A stretch of DNA of 64,000 nucleotides, taken from assembly GCA_951406725.2 (NCBI GenBank), contig OX597818.1, forward strand, positions 60,698,001 through 60,762,000, read 5' to 3'. Made by a program: the position numbers and the translations under genes. The stretch comes from Octopus vulgaris. Lineage: Eukaryota. Shown in pieces: positions 40,521 to 54,139 of the stretch. The notes under the pieces are model-generated. The model had not been told where the DNA came from. It did not search any database and saw only the letters and a program-made list of their open reading frames with translations. Within the stretch, counting starts at the first letter, position 1; each line of letters begins with the position of its first letter.

Positions 40521-40712
40521 CCAATTTTGAAAAATTAATCTTCTCAAAACCAGAAAGGAGAAAGCTGATTCGAAGACTGCCGATTATAGTCATCACTGGA
40601 ACTGTAAAAATCTGTAGAACTTTCGATTAGTTTATCATTTCAGCATATATCAGCATGTCTAGTTTGGCAATTATCCGCATTCAAACAAAACATATTAATC
40701 TGCACATACATA
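40521..40712 (+). mobile_element. REL-type LINE C-terminal fragment embedded in (TACA)n
   Basis: NFEKLIFSKPERRKLIRRLPIIVITGTVKICRTF; homologous to 52460-52690 (minus). Confidence 0.7.
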
Positions 40713-40727
40713 CAAAGATATCCTGCT

Positions 40728-40886
<159 letters not shown>

Positions 40887-41905
40887 TCATACATACATAC
40901 ATATATTACCCAGATGGATTCGAACCCGCAATTTTTATTTCAATCATCACTGTTAGTTTAGATATGCAAGCCCTCAGTATAAATTCGTTGCATCAAATCT
41001 ATCCGCGCCCAAGTAAATGTGAACACTCAGTTCAGGAACAGAACCCTCAGTCCGTATGTGGTGAAACATAGCCGAAAGACACTGTTAACATGTTAGCGCT
41101 GATTCGTAATTTAATCCGAGCATCATGAATTTTAGTTACGGCAGATGAAGCAACGGCCTCAGCGCTGACAAGTACTCCTTCTATCAACGAAACAGTCTCT
41201 TACTTTGAATGCAGAATACAAGATTCAAAACTAAATACTACAGCAGCGTTTACTCTGTTGATCTATCAGTTCTAACTCTCCACTTTTAAATGCTAATATT
41301 GATTTTTAATATTTCCTCGCCACTGATCAGGTTAATTGTCCATAAATTGTATTTTTAAATATTGCAATACATTAACATATTTATCTACTTTTTCTCCTTA
41401 AAGGATTTCCTATATTCTCACTCGACCTGCTAAAAATAATTCACAAGTTTCTTTCATATCATACTGGTCGTCTTAAAACTGAAAAGGTACATTAGAGATT
41501 GCTGTCCTATATACGCTGTGCTGGAAAACGGTGAGACCGCCCCCCACTTTAATCAAAGGTTTTCTCTATCAGAGTTGACTTTGGCCAAAGATTAACAACA
41601 ATTGCTTTATCTATTTTAGTTTAAAACTTGGTTCTTGCTACAACATGAAGCCTCAAATGTATAGAATAAATGTACGAATGCCGTTCGTGTAATTGTAAGC
41701 CATCGGTGACACCAGGACGCAAAGGCTTTGTATTTTAGGGAGGTAGTTATCGAAACCAACTCAAAGCTGTTACCGCTGCTTGCAGCAGGGAATGACTTTG
41801 TTCGTAATATCTACGTTGAGTGAAATACTCTCGACTATTGAAAGACAACTATCTTATCAGTAAATAAAAGCAGCGATAGTGAGTGAGATTCTAACAGCTA
41901 ACCTA

Positions 41906-42320
41906 ATTCTTTACTGCCCACAAGGAACTAAATATAGAGGGGACAAACAAGGACAGACAAAGGTATTAAGTTGATGACATCGACCTCAGTGCGTAACTGG
42001 TGCTTAATTTATCGACCCCGAAAGGATGAAAGGCAAAGTCGACCTCGGCAGAATTTGAACTCAGAACGTAACGGCAGACGAAATACCTATTTCCTTATTA
42101 CCCACAAGGGGCTACACATATAGGGGAAAAACAAGGACAGACAAACTCATGAAGTCGATTTATCGACCCCCAGTGTGTAACTGGTACTTAATTTATCGAC
42201 CACCGAAAGGATGAAAGGCAAAGTCGACCTCGGCGGAATTTGAACTCAGAACGTAAAGGCAGACGAAATACGGCTACGCATTTCGCCCGGTTACTAACGT
42301 TTTTGCCAGCTCGCAGCCTT
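41906..42320 (-). mobile_element. SINE family A dimer with TSD
   Basis: AGATTC(T/A)AACAGCTAACCT occurs on both sides. Confidence 0.92.
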
Positions 42321-43034
42321 AGATTCAAACAGCTAACCTCCTCGATATTTGTATTGGAACCTGACAATTTTAACCCTTGTGCTTTCTTCCTTGTTAAGAG
42401 AAATCATTGAATTAACTTGGTATCAGATTTCCGGCATACAGTTCTTAAGTTCGAATTCGAATTTATTGCTGAATGTTCTGTCTCATTGCAAGACGCTCTA
42501 TTATATGTAGAGCCTCAATTCAACTAATCGTTAGGGGTACCAGGGAGATGGTCAGTTAAAGTTGAGACAGTGTCACGTGACAACTTGCTGGAGCTTGCTG
42601 CTGGAGCCTAGCAGCAGGTATTTAAAAGGGAAAAAATTTGACAAGTCAGTCAGTCGCCCGCTGACACTTGCTGACGCTACATCGAAGAGGCCAGGAAACA
42701 GAAGAAAGAAGACATGCACCCAACACCAGAGCCTGAAGACACCTCCGAAAGGGGGGGGGGGGGGGCTACGTCAAAACGGTAGAGGAGTAGGAGCCGAAAC
42801 CGGACGTGGTTCCTCCTAATGATATCTTGAACTAACTGGATCGTATAAAGGAGTTGTTGTGGTAGCAGATCACGAAACCCGGTTGAAATTCCTACCTGTG
42901 AAAGACCAGTACCCTTTATAGAGAAAGTTGTAACTCTTACCTCACTTCGCGAATCAGCTAAGAATTGATCTTTTAATCTATCACTTTTCACAGTCTTTGA
43001 ACTGCTGACGTATCGAAACACTATGGAGAATGGT

Positions 43035-43441
43035 CTCTTTTACTTGTTTCAGTCCTTTGACTGTGGCCATGATGGAGCACCGCCTTTAGGTCGAGCAAAT
43101 CGACCCCAGGACTTATTCTTTGTAAGCCTAGTACTTATTCTATCGGTCTCTTTTGCCGAACCGCTAAGTTACGGGGACGTAAACACACCAGCATAGGTTG
43201 TCAAGCAATGCTAGGGGGACAAAGAGACACACAAACATATACACACACACTTATATATATAAATATATGCATGTATACGACGGGCTTCTTTCAGTCTCCG
43301 TCTACCAAATCCACTCACAAGGCTTTGGTCGGCCCGATGCTATAGTAGAAGACACTTGCCCAAGGTGCCACGCAGCGGGACTGAACCCGGAACCATGTCG
43401 TTGATAAGCAAGCTACTTACCACGTAGCTACTCCTACGCCT
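43035..43441 (-). mobile_element. SINE family B, full length
   Basis: Reverse complement of the consensus. Confidence 0.88.
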
Positions 43442-44225
43442 ATCTACAATTAACGGTCCGTTGAACCACCTCAGTGCATTAGCAATAGTTTCTGTCTGAA
43501 TATGTGCTGTATTTAGTTACATTTAATATTCACGCCACTTGTTAGATTTAATTCGAAATAGCTTCAGTAGCTGTTTGGATTATCATCAGCCACTCCAGAA
43601 CCTAACCTTTTGTATGCGAGAAGATTCATTGTGAAACGTTTCGGCTAAATTGCTAGAGAAACGAGGCCTGTGTTGCTACAAAAAGTATACATTATCCACA
43701 ATTTGTGGATAATATATATATAGTTGTTGTCTAAATATATTATGTGTAGCTACATTCACGAATGGAACAGAGTTCTTTGTGTTGGCTGATAATTCTACTT
43801 CGAATTCTTCAGGCTATATTTACTTGAAAACCTTATTAAACATTCCACTGTCATTTACTGCACAATGGCGATCGATGAAACGGAAAGCGAAATAGAAATG
43901 ATTGACATTTATCTAGTCTGACTTAATAAGACATGTTATATATTGTAGTTGTTAAGCAAAGAGAAATATGCCCTGGTATGTATAGGATTTCGTACCCTCT
44001 GGGAGTTCTTTTACTTGGTTCATGATCAAATTTCAGACAGAGTTACAGTTGGTAAAATTAAGTGATTTATTCTTTGTTTGAGCGACTTTTAAAAGTAGTT
44101 AATCATTATTCTCTAATATTCGGATTAGTTTGGGGCAAACTCGAAGTGTTTATATCGAAATTTAAAAGTGAAATCACTCGGATTCTAACTCGTCAATATT
44201 CTGCTCTTAAATATTAATTTCTGAC

Positions 44226-45059
44226 GGCGGTGAGCTGGCAGAAACGTTAGCACGCCGGGCGGAATGCTTAGCGGTATTTCGTCCGTCTTTACGTTCTGAG
44301 TTCGAATTACACCGAGGTCGACTTTGCCTTTCATCCTTTCGCGGTTGATTAAATAACTACCAGTTGTGCACTGGGGTCGATGTAATCGACTGGACCCCTC
44401 TCCAAAAATTTCGGGCTTTGAGCTTAGCTTAGATTAGAAAAGAATACGAGGTGCGCTGAAGGCGGCGAGCTGGCAGAAACGTTAGCAGGCCGGGTGAAAT
44501 GCTTAGCGGTATTTCGTCTGCCGCTACGTTGTGAGTTCAAATTCCGCCGACGTCGACTTTGCTTTCATCTTTTCGGGGTCGATAAATTAAGTACCAGTTA
44601 CGCACTGGGGTCGATATAATCGATTTAATCCGTTTGTCTGTCCATGTTTGTCCCCTCTGTGTTTAGCCCCTTGTGGGTAGTAAAGAATTAGGTATTTCGT
44701 CTGCCGCTACGTTCTGAGTTCAAATTCCGCGGAGGTCGACTTTGCCTTTCATCCTTTCGGGGTCGATAAATTAAGTACCAGTTACGCACTGGGGTCGATG
44801 TAATCGACATAATCCCTTTGTCTGTTCTTGTTTGTCCCCTTGTGGGCAATAAAGAATTAAGAAACGTTAGATCGCCGGGAGAAATGCTTAGCGATATTTC
44901 GTCTATCCTTATGTTCTCAGTTCAAATTCCACGGAGGTCGACTTTGCCTTTCATCCTTTCGAGGTCGATAAATTAAGTACCAGTTGCGTACTGAGGTCGA
45001 TCTAATCGACTAGCGCCCCCCCCCAAAATCTCAGGCCTTTCTCCTAGAGTAGAAAAGAA
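44226..45059 (+). mobile_element. SINE family A monomer (44226-44445) followed by a trimer (44461-45059)
   Basis: Consensus head and bodies, with both tail types present. Confidence 0.88.
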
Positions 45060-45512
45060 TATATTAATATATTGGATGCTAAAATTTTAAGATGATGTTT
45101 GCTTTGCAATATTCTGTCTTGTTTATAACAGCGAGTATAGCTTCACTATTTTCTACTCAAAAAACCTTCTGTGGTTTTTGTGTTATCTTTTGTCTCCTAA
45201 TATAGTAAGTGAAGTATCTCTAATGCGACTACAGATGTTTTGTTCAGTCTTTATTATTTTGCACCAAAACAAATCTTCTATCGGGTTCTCCCTTTCTATT
45301 TTGCTTCACTCACTCCAACCCCACCGCAATATCGTGTTATTAAGAAAATGCAATAACTTTTCACTCAGGCAAATGCCGAAAACTTCATCAGCAATAACTT
45401 CCGCCCAAAGAAAGCCTGTCGGATTTATAACACCAAATTGTTTGTCTGTACCAGGAATTAGGATATTTTGGCAATATTTTTTCATGTGAAGTTTTGAGAG
45501 CTCAATGTTCTA

Positions 45513-46064
45513 TTGGGTTGTCCGGAAAGTTCGTGCCGATTTATAGTAGCTTACTTTTCGACTTATTTTAGAACATGGTTGAGTCCATAAAATAGGATTT
45601 GACTACACCTCCATTTAGAGCACAGTTTAAGCTATCTTTTTGTGGAAGAATGTTTATGTTCCTATAACCTGTGTTAATTCTGTAACCCTTTAAAATGGAA
45701 GATAAGAAAGTTCATTTTCGGTACTTGATGCTTTGGGAACCAGACAAAAATTGCTACAGCTCGGCTGGGATATGTTACCCCACCCTCCCTATTCCCCAGA
45801 TTTCCACTTATTCAAGTCTTTGCAGAATAGTCTTAATGTTAAACAAATCAATTCCTGGGATGACGTAAAAAGATACCTTGATGAATTCTTTGCCATGAAA
45901 CCATCTCCAGTTCTGGGAAGAGGCTATTTTCAAGTTAAAAGAAAGATGGAGACCCATTGTGCAACAAAATGGTTCATATTTGGTTGATTAAAAATGTAAT
46001 GGCAAGTATTTATTGACCTTTTTCTTTCCTTTAAAAACTGGCACGGACTTTCCGGACAACCCAA
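45513..46064 (+). mobile_element. Internally deleted mariner (DD34D-type) DNA transposon
   Basis: TIRs TTGGGTTGTCCGGAAAGTTCGTGCC and GGCACGGACTTTCCGGACAACCCAA, with TA on the left. MEDKKVHFRYLML is fused to TRQKLLQLGWDMLPHPPYSPD-FHLFKSLQNSL...ERWRPIVQQNGSY. Confidence 0.92.
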
Positions 46065-46624
46065 TGGATGGAAACTTGTTATCACATTGCTTCAATTCCA
46101 TTCGAATATTCTGTTTCATTTGTTACGGCAGTGCACAGGCAGAATTGTTAGCACGCCGGCAAAATATTTAGCGGTATTTCGTCTGTAGTTACGTTCTGAG
46201 TTCAAATTCCACCTAGGTCAACTTTGCCTTTCATCGTTTCGGGGTTTATAAAATAAGCACCAGTTAAGTGCTGGCATTGACGAAAAGAGTCACTTACTTA
46301 CAAGATCAACACCAGAGGTTCTTATGAATTGGGGATTAACTCAGTCCTGTCCAGTGAAATGAGTTATGAATGAGTAAAAGCCACTATAAATGTAAAGTAT
46401 TTGAAGGAACTACAATCGAGTATCGAAACCAAATTGCAGACTTTGCTCAGACTGTTCTTTTGGTTGGACGGGATTTGATTGGAGGGATTCAGTCTCACTG
46501 CTGGGGACCCTTAGGCAAGAGCCGTCTGCTATAATTTGGTCGAAGGAAACTACAGAAACCCATCATGTATACACACACACACACACACACACACACGTGT
46601 ATGTGTGTGTGCGTGTGTAAACAC

Positions 46625-46870
46625 TATAGTTCTCACGATCGCTAGATCGCGGGTTCGATTCTCTGACTGGGCGGCGCGTTGTGTTTTTGAGCAAGACATC
46701 TCATTTCACATTGCTCCAGTGCCCTTCGATCGGGGGGAGATAGTTGGCCTGCTCACTTAGACAGCGGGGTGGCGTCATTTGAAGGCTAAAACAATGCAAA
46801 AAATGTGCATCATTGCTAGTGATGTGAAACAATATCTGATAACCAGGTCAGTCACATGATCACGTGATAT
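46625..46870 (+). mobile_element. SINE family C variant
   Basis: B-box GGGTTCGATTC, TTGAGCAAGACA box, CACGTGAT tail. Confidence 0.65.
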
Positions 46871-47063
46871 ATACATTTGTGCGTGTGTGTAACATATTGT
46901 ATAATTATAAACAGGGCGAATTTTAGCCATTGCTCAGGAGACTGAAAAAATGATTAACACCCTTAATCGATTTTCGAACCTTATTGTAGAGGCGTCTACA
47001 TTATGTAGACGTCTACATTACTCTGACAGTCTCCACAGAAACAATCAGCTAAACTGTTTATAT

Positions 47064-47692
47064 ACTCTTTTTACTCTTTTACTTGTTTCAGTCATTTTGA
47101 CTGCGGCCATGCTGGAGCACCGCCTTTTAGTCGAGCAAATCGACCCCGGGACTTATTCTTTGTAAGCTCAGTACTTATTCTATCGGTCTCTTTTGCCGAA
47201 CCGCAAAGTGACGGGGACGTAAACACACCAGCATCGGTTGTCAAGCAATGCTAGGGGGACAAGACAGACACACAAACATATACACACACACTTCTATATA
47301 TATACGTATATACGACAGGCTTCTTTCAGTTTCCGTCTACCGAATCCACTATAGCAGAAGACACTTGCCCAAGATGCTACGCAGTGGGACTGAACCCGGA
47401 ACCATGTGGTTGGTTAGCAAGCTACTTAAGACACAGCCACTCCTGCGCCTATATATATATATATTTCTTTACTACCCACAAGGGGCTAAACACAGAGGGG
47501 ACAAACAAGGACAGACAAAGGGATTAAGTCGACTACATCGACCCCAGTGCGTAACTGGTACTTAATTTATCGACCCCGAAAGGATGAAAGGCAAAGTCGA
47601 CCTCGGCGGAATTTGAACTCGGAACGTAACGACAGACGAAATACGGCTACGAATTTCGCCCGGCGTGCTAACGTTTCTACCAGCTCGCCGCC
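47064..47692 (-). mobile_element. Adjacent SINE B (47064-47450) and SINE A (47462-47692)
   Basis: Reverse complements of both consensus sequences. Confidence 0.88.
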
Positions 47693-47818
47693 TATATATA
47701 TATATGTATATATATGTATATATGTATGTATGTATATGTATGTATATGTATGTATGTATGTATGTATATGTATGTATGTATATCTATGTATGTATATATA
47801 TATATTTCTGTATGTATA

Positions 47819-47872
<54 letters not shown>

Positions 47873-48594
47873 TACATGCATGCATACAAGCATACATACA
47901 TATATATATATACATACGTGTGTGTGTCGTTTATGTGTTAGTTTTTGTGCTGGTTTACAACCTCGTAACTTGCCAGTTGATACTGGGTTTGATTTAACCT
48001 GCTAAGTCCTTCAAGGTGCTGCTCCAGCATGACTGCTCTCTAATGACTGAAACGAGTAAATGCATAAATGTGTGTGTGTGTGTGTGTGTGTACAAGCTGT
48101 GTTCAGCAACTATATTACAAACACCAGCAAAGCTACAGATATATATAATGCGTTGCAGTCTTTTACTGTAGGTCTGTAAAGCGTTTATTTTGTGACACAA
48201 CAGCAGCATACGCAAATGTATATATTTCGTTAGACAGTAGCAATATGTTTGAATTGAATTCTTCTTTCGTTATCCTATCGAAAAATCTAAACATTTCTTC
48301 TTCCACTTATCTCACCTTCATCTGTTTTCTTTCATTTTGTGAAATTAATCCATTGTTGTTTTCGAAAGATTTCGAAAGCTCGGAATTATAACTTTGCTTT
48401 TGTTAAGTGAATTCATACAAGCCAGTGGAGTGTTCAAAAGATTTGTTAGAATATATGTTTACTGCGCCATAAACTGCTACACTAATGTGCATTTATATAT
48501 ATTAAATGAGGTGGTTCTATAGAAACATTGGTCTCCGTTTACCTGTCATAGAAACTTTCCAACAGACGGTTAACTATTTACACATGCATAAATG

Positions 48595-48980
48595 GAAGCA
48601 CTCCGTCGGTTACGACGATGAGGGTTCCGGTTGATCCGAATCAACGGAACAGCCTGCTCGTGAAATTAACGTGTAAGTGGCTGAGCACTCCACAGACACG
48701 TGCACCTTTAACGTAGTTCTCGGGGATATTCAGCGTGACACAGAGAGTGACAAGGCCGGCCCCTTGAAATACAGGTACAACAGAAACAGGAAGTAAGAGT
48801 GAGAGAAAGTTGTGGTGAAAGGGTACAGCAGGGATCACCACCATCCCCTGCCGGAGCCTCGTGGAGCTTTTAGGTGTTTTCGCTCAATAAACACACACAA
48901 CGCCCGGTCTGGGAATCGAAACCGCGATCCTATGACCGCGAGTCCGCTGCCCTAACCACTGGGTCATTGCGCCTCCACAC
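48595..48980 (-). mobile_element. SINE family C, full length
   Basis: Minus-strand head GTGGAGGCGCAATGACCCAGTGGTTAGGGCAGCGGACTCGCGGTCATAGGATCGCGGTTTCGATTCC (tRNA-like); tail GTCGTAACCGACGGAGTGC. Confidence 0.85.
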
Positions 48981-49461
48981 ATGCATATATATATACGTAA
49001 AGAAAGCATCTTCTTTTAACCATCATCCTTTAGATCTTAAGAAGATCTTGCAAATTTTTATAGTTTCAGTTTCAGGATCATTTGTAGCTTACGAATAAAG
49101 GATTTCCGTTCTCTCGCCAGAACCCCAGCTTCGGTCATACTTTGCTCCATAGGGTTGGTATGTAACCTGTTGCTCCAATAATAATTGGTATGAAGTTAAA
49201 AGTGTGTCTTGGGTACTGAGTTTGCGAACTGCTTTTCATTGGTTCATAGATATTATCTTTCTCTTGTAGTTTTCTAACCATATTGGTGTCTAGAGGGTAG
49301 CTGCAACAATATCTCTCCGGTTGTATTTTAATTTGGTAGCTTTACCCGTCGATCTCAATAAAGATTTCGGGGTTTGAATTCAAATAATTTAAGTAGTCTT
49401 TGTTGTTCATATTAAGCATCTCTAGCTCCCGCCTGTTGACCACATGCCTATACACAAACAA

Positions 49462-49519
<58 letters not shown>

Positions 49520-49534
49520 TTTTATATATAGGGC

Positions 49535-49880
49535 CACTCCATAGTTTACCACGACGTGGGTTCCAGTTGATCCGATTAACGGAACAGCCTGCTCGAGAAA
49601 TTAACGGGCTGAGCACTCCACAGACAAGTGTGCCCTTTACGTAGTTCTCAAAGATATTCAGCGTGACACAGATCGTGACAATCTGGCCCTTTGAAATAAT
49701 ACAGGTACTACTCATTTTTGCCATCTGAGTGAACTGGAGCAACATGAAGTAAAGTGTCTTGCTGGAGCAACATGAAGTAAAGTGTCTTGCTGAAGGACAC
49801 AACGCGTCACCGAGAATTGAACTCACGACCGTACGATCGTGAGCCGAATGCGTAAACCACTAAGCCACGTACCTTCACGA
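49535..49880 (-). mobile_element. SINE family C with a 29-bp internal tandem duplication
   Basis: CTGGAGCAACATGAAGTAAAGTGTCTTG occurs twice at about 49734-49790. Confidence 0.82.
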
Positions 49881-49884
49881 TAAC

Positions 49885-50832
49885 TGTGTGTATGTGTGTA
49901 TTGCTATACATTCTTATAAATGTATGTATGTATGTATGTATGTATGTATGTATGTATGTATGTATGTATGTATGTATGTATGTATGTATGTATGTATGTA
50001 TGTATGTATGTATGTATGCACGTATGTATGTATGTATGTATGTATGTATGATTGTATATATGTATGTATGAATGTATGTATGTATTAATATATGCATGTG
50101 TGTGTATTTACAAATGTATGTATGTAACTAATATGAGTGTATGTACGTAAGTATGTATGTATGCATGAATGTATGTATGTATGTATGCATGAATGTATGT
50201 ATGTATGTATGAATGCATTAATGTATGAATGTATGTATGTATGTATGTGTGTATGTATGATTGTATACATATATGTATGAAGATATGTATGTATGTGTAT
50301 ATGAATGTATGCATCTATTAATATATGTATGTGTGTGTATGTATGAAAGTATGTGTGTATTTACAAATGTATGTATGTAAGTACGTATGAATGTATGTAT
50401 GTATGCATATATGTATGTATGCATGAATGTATGTATGTATGTATGAATGAATTAATGTATGTATGTATGTATGTGTATATGTATGATTGTATACATGTAT
50501 GTATGAAGATATGTATGTATGTGTATATGAATGTATGTATCAATATATGTTTGTGTGTGTATGTATGAATGTATGTATGTATGCATGAATGTATGTATGT
50601 ATACATGAATGTATTATGTATGTATGTATGTATGTATGTATGTATGTATGAATGTATGTATGTAAGTATGCATGTATGTATGTATGTAAGTATGTATGTA
50701 TACATGAATGTATGTATGTATGTATGTATGTATGTATGTATGTATGTATGTATGTATGTATGTATGTATGTATGTATGTATGTATGTATGTATGTATGTA
50801 TGTATGTATGTATGTATGTATGTATGTATGTA
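49885..50832. repeat. (TATG)n array of about 950 bp with higher-order degenerate units
   Basis: Seen directly. Confidence 0.95.
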
Positions 50833-51619
50833 GATGGTTCTTCTTGAGTTTCATACAGCTCTGCAGATAAAGAAACAAATATTTAGCGTAAAAAAATATT
50901 TTATTCTTAAATTTTTACAAAAAAACTTTTCCTTCAAAACATCATTCTCAAGTGCTGTTGAATTTATCTGGAAAAGATCTATGTAAATATATGAGTGTGT
51001 GTGTGTGTGTGTGAGTATGTGTATGTATACCATACTAAAATATTTTTTATATCCATAGATTTTTACAGTCACTACATTAGTATATTAAATAGATTCTGTA
51101 GAAACATAAGACTGTCGTAAATATCTGTTACGTCTATACAATCTCACAGTGGACAAGAAAAGCGGGATCGACTGCACGGCGCCATTATAACTATCTGCAT
51201 ATTTCATCTGTAACCGTTTTTCCTCCGTTAGCTGCCGTTGCCAAGCTGTATTTTAAGCCACCGTTTTGCGATTATAACTAAAACAGAATTTGCATATTTG
51301 ACACATTTTCAGTAATTTGAATGAATATTGTTGTATCTGCATGTATGTATGTATGTATGTATGTATGTATGTATGTATGTATGTATGTATGTATGTATGT
51401 ATGTATGTATGTATGTATGTATGTATGTATGTATGTATGTATGTATTATGTAGGCTTGATTTTTCTTTGAGTTGAAGTTGTTTTAGAGAGTGTTCAAGCC
51501 GGTCGCTAACAAAGTGACAAGGCTTTTTGCGTTAAAAGGATTCCCGCTGTTTGTAAATATGTAACTAAGTTGGTATTTTGTTTGAACTGTCGATGTATAC
51601 ACCCAAGTGTGTACATCTG

Positions 51620-51980
51620 TTCACATACTGCATAGTGCCAAGGACTCCAAATTTGCCATCAAGATGTAGGACAAGATACTGCGATAGCCTGGGCTTCAGA
51701 GGTCCACAGCTCTTCAATATCCTCTCGAAGGACCTGAGAGACCTGCATGGGGTAGATGCAGATGTCTTCAAAATTAAGCTGGACCTCTTCCTGTCAGGTG
51801 TCCCAGATGAACCAACTTCATGGCAGGTGGTGTAGATGAGGGCAGCTGCATCAAACTCTCTCATGCACCAAATGTCAATTGCTAAAAAGCATTCGTGAAG
51901 TAAAATCATGTAGCAACACCGAATGGCGGTGCCCCAGCATGGCTACAGCTCGTGAGCTGAAACTAGATGAAATGAAAAAC
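51620..51980 (+). mobile_element. CR1-clade LINE 3' end
   Basis: YCIVPRTPNLPSRCRTRYCDSLGFRGPQLFNILSKDLRDLHGVDADVFKIKLDLFLSGVPDEP...AAASNSL; tail GGCGGTGCCCCAGCATGGCTACAGCTCGTGAGCTGAAAC. Confidence 0.88.
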
Positions 51981-52339
51981 AAAATATGAATCTCAGATGG
52001 AGAATTTTTAGAATGTCTCACAAATCTTCATTGTTCCACCAATAGATTAGATTTGGAGAATCCACGTTAATTTCTTTCGCTCTTTTTCCTTGAAACCGAA
52101 TTTTTCTAGAATTTTATGCAAATTTGTTGGTACATAACCTAATGCACCTATAACATTTTTACTGGGGCGTTCCACCAATATTCTTCTTTTAAAGGTGAGG
52201 TTACCTGCTGGTTGTCACATGTCTTTCATTTATACGTCAGGGCAGTCCTTCCTACGGATAGAATTGTAAATAGTCTTCGACTACATAAAACCTCAGGGAC
52301 AGGTAGCATCTCTATAAACATTTCGGGGAAGCTGCTGAT

Positions 52340-52695
52340 TATGTATGTCTTTATTCAGGTTTTTTCAAGATTTATTGCTCATAGAGAAAATGTATGTATG
52401 TATGTATGTATGTATGTATGTATGTATGTATGAATGTACGTATACGTGCAAATTTGTATGTTTTGATTTACGTATGTATTCTTATGCATATAGATGCATA
52501 TCTAGACATGTTCATATATATTAAATGATAAACATCTGGAAAGATTTTTACAGTTCCAGTGACGAAATGGATCTGTAGTCTTCGAATTAGCATTCTCCTT
52601 TCTGCTTTTGAGAAGCTTAATTTCTCAAGATTAGTATTTAGGAAGTGTGTTACATATCCCAGGGCCTCAACGATTACAGGTATCAACGTGAACTT
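52340..52695 (-). mobile_element. REL-type LINE C-terminus plus 3' UTR ending in (CATA)n
   Basis: IPVIVEALGYVTHFLNTNLEKLSFSKAERRMLIRRLQIHFVTGTVKI matches the IP.IVGALG...LQ....GT.KI pattern. Confidence 0.75.
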
Positions 52696-52807
52696 GAATC
52701 TTTTAGTGTATCTTAATTATGTATCAGCTCTTTTCTTACAGAAAGACTTCAAGTAATTAAAAAGAGAAGAGAATATTTATGTATATACATACATGTATAC
52801 ATAGGTA

Positions 52808-53185
52808 CAGGCGTGGCTGTGTGGTAAGAAGCTTGCTACCCAACCACATGTTTCCATGTTCAGTCCCACTAAGTGGCACCTTGGGCAAGTGTCTTCTACA
52901 ATGGCATCGGGCTGACCAAGGCCTTGTGAGTGGATTTGGCAGACAGAAACTGAAAAGAAGCCCGTCGTATATATGTATATGTATGTATATATTTATGTGT
53001 GTGTCTTTGTGTTTGTCCCCACACCTTCACTTAACAATCGATGTTGATGTGTTTACGTCCCTGTAACTTAGCGGTTCGGCAAAAGCAACCGATAGAATAA
53101 GTACCAGGCTTACAAAGAATAAGTCCTGTGGTCGATTTGTTCGACTAAAATACGGTGCTCCAGTATGGCTGCAGTCAACTGACTC
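52808..53185 (+). mobile_element. SINE family B
   Basis: Consensus head, core and tail. Confidence 0.85.
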
Positions 53186-53338
53186 TTTGTTTATGTATTT
53201 CACTCGTTTTTTCCTGGCTTGTTTACGTATTTCATGTTATGTCCTGTACCCATATATCCATGTATGTATGTATGTATGTATGTATGTATGTATGTATGTA
53301 TGTATGTATGTATGTATCTATGTACGTATGTATGTATG

Positions 53339-53409
<71 letters not shown>

Positions 53410-54139
53410 GTATACATATATACATATATACATATATCATTTATTACTTATTATTTAATTGAACGCGAGGCATCCATTTCGAAGCAAGTTTACATACAAA
53501 TATATTTATTATTTAATTGAATTCGAGAAATTCATTTCAAAATAAGTTTACATAATTACATACATACTGACCATGGAAGACAGGGTGGGCGGCCCTTCAA
53601 TTACAATCCAGTTCTCATAAACTACGATGTGCCTTTGGGATGTATTGATGGACAGGGTGAACCATATTCAGAGAACTGCAGCCTTAAATTCCGAGAAGCA
53701 GTATTCGTTGGAATAATTAAATAGTTTCTTAAGCACTTTACTCATCAGCTAGACATTCTGTCAATTGTGTTGCTTTCATCAGACGTTGAATCGGATGATT
53801 GTCTTTTAATCTTGTACCACTTCATAAACCTGGAGCATCCATGTTTCTGGGAAAGATAAAAGTGGATTCTTTCGGTATGAATTTATGATGTATCACAACA
53901 TATACATCTAGATTGTTCAGAATATCGATAGGTTGGTTTTTAATTTATAGCTTTGATCTCAAATAGCAGATCTCAAATAATTTATCTCTACGCAGCAGTT
54001 AAATAATTCGTTCACTCTTCATCTTAGCAGCCATATTGGTTCGAGCGAGGGATCTTATTTTTCACATATTGAACATTGGAAATGTTTTTCTAATTTAGTT
54101 TCTCACCTGGCCATGACAATTAGCTGATGTCAGTCACGA

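Noticed and set aside
42725-42820. Hammerhead ribozyme call
   Set aside because: Core words are present, but stem I and the stem II base do not pair convincingly; kept only as a low-interest lead.
48900-48980. tRNA gene (also the heads of SINE A and SINE B)
   Set aside because: A and B boxes are present, but there is no complete cloverleaf and each head runs into a multi-copy SINE body.
53570-53720. Tc1-like transposase remnant (LWDVLMDRV)
   Set aside because: Only a very short resemblance; no TIRs or catalytic motifs were found.
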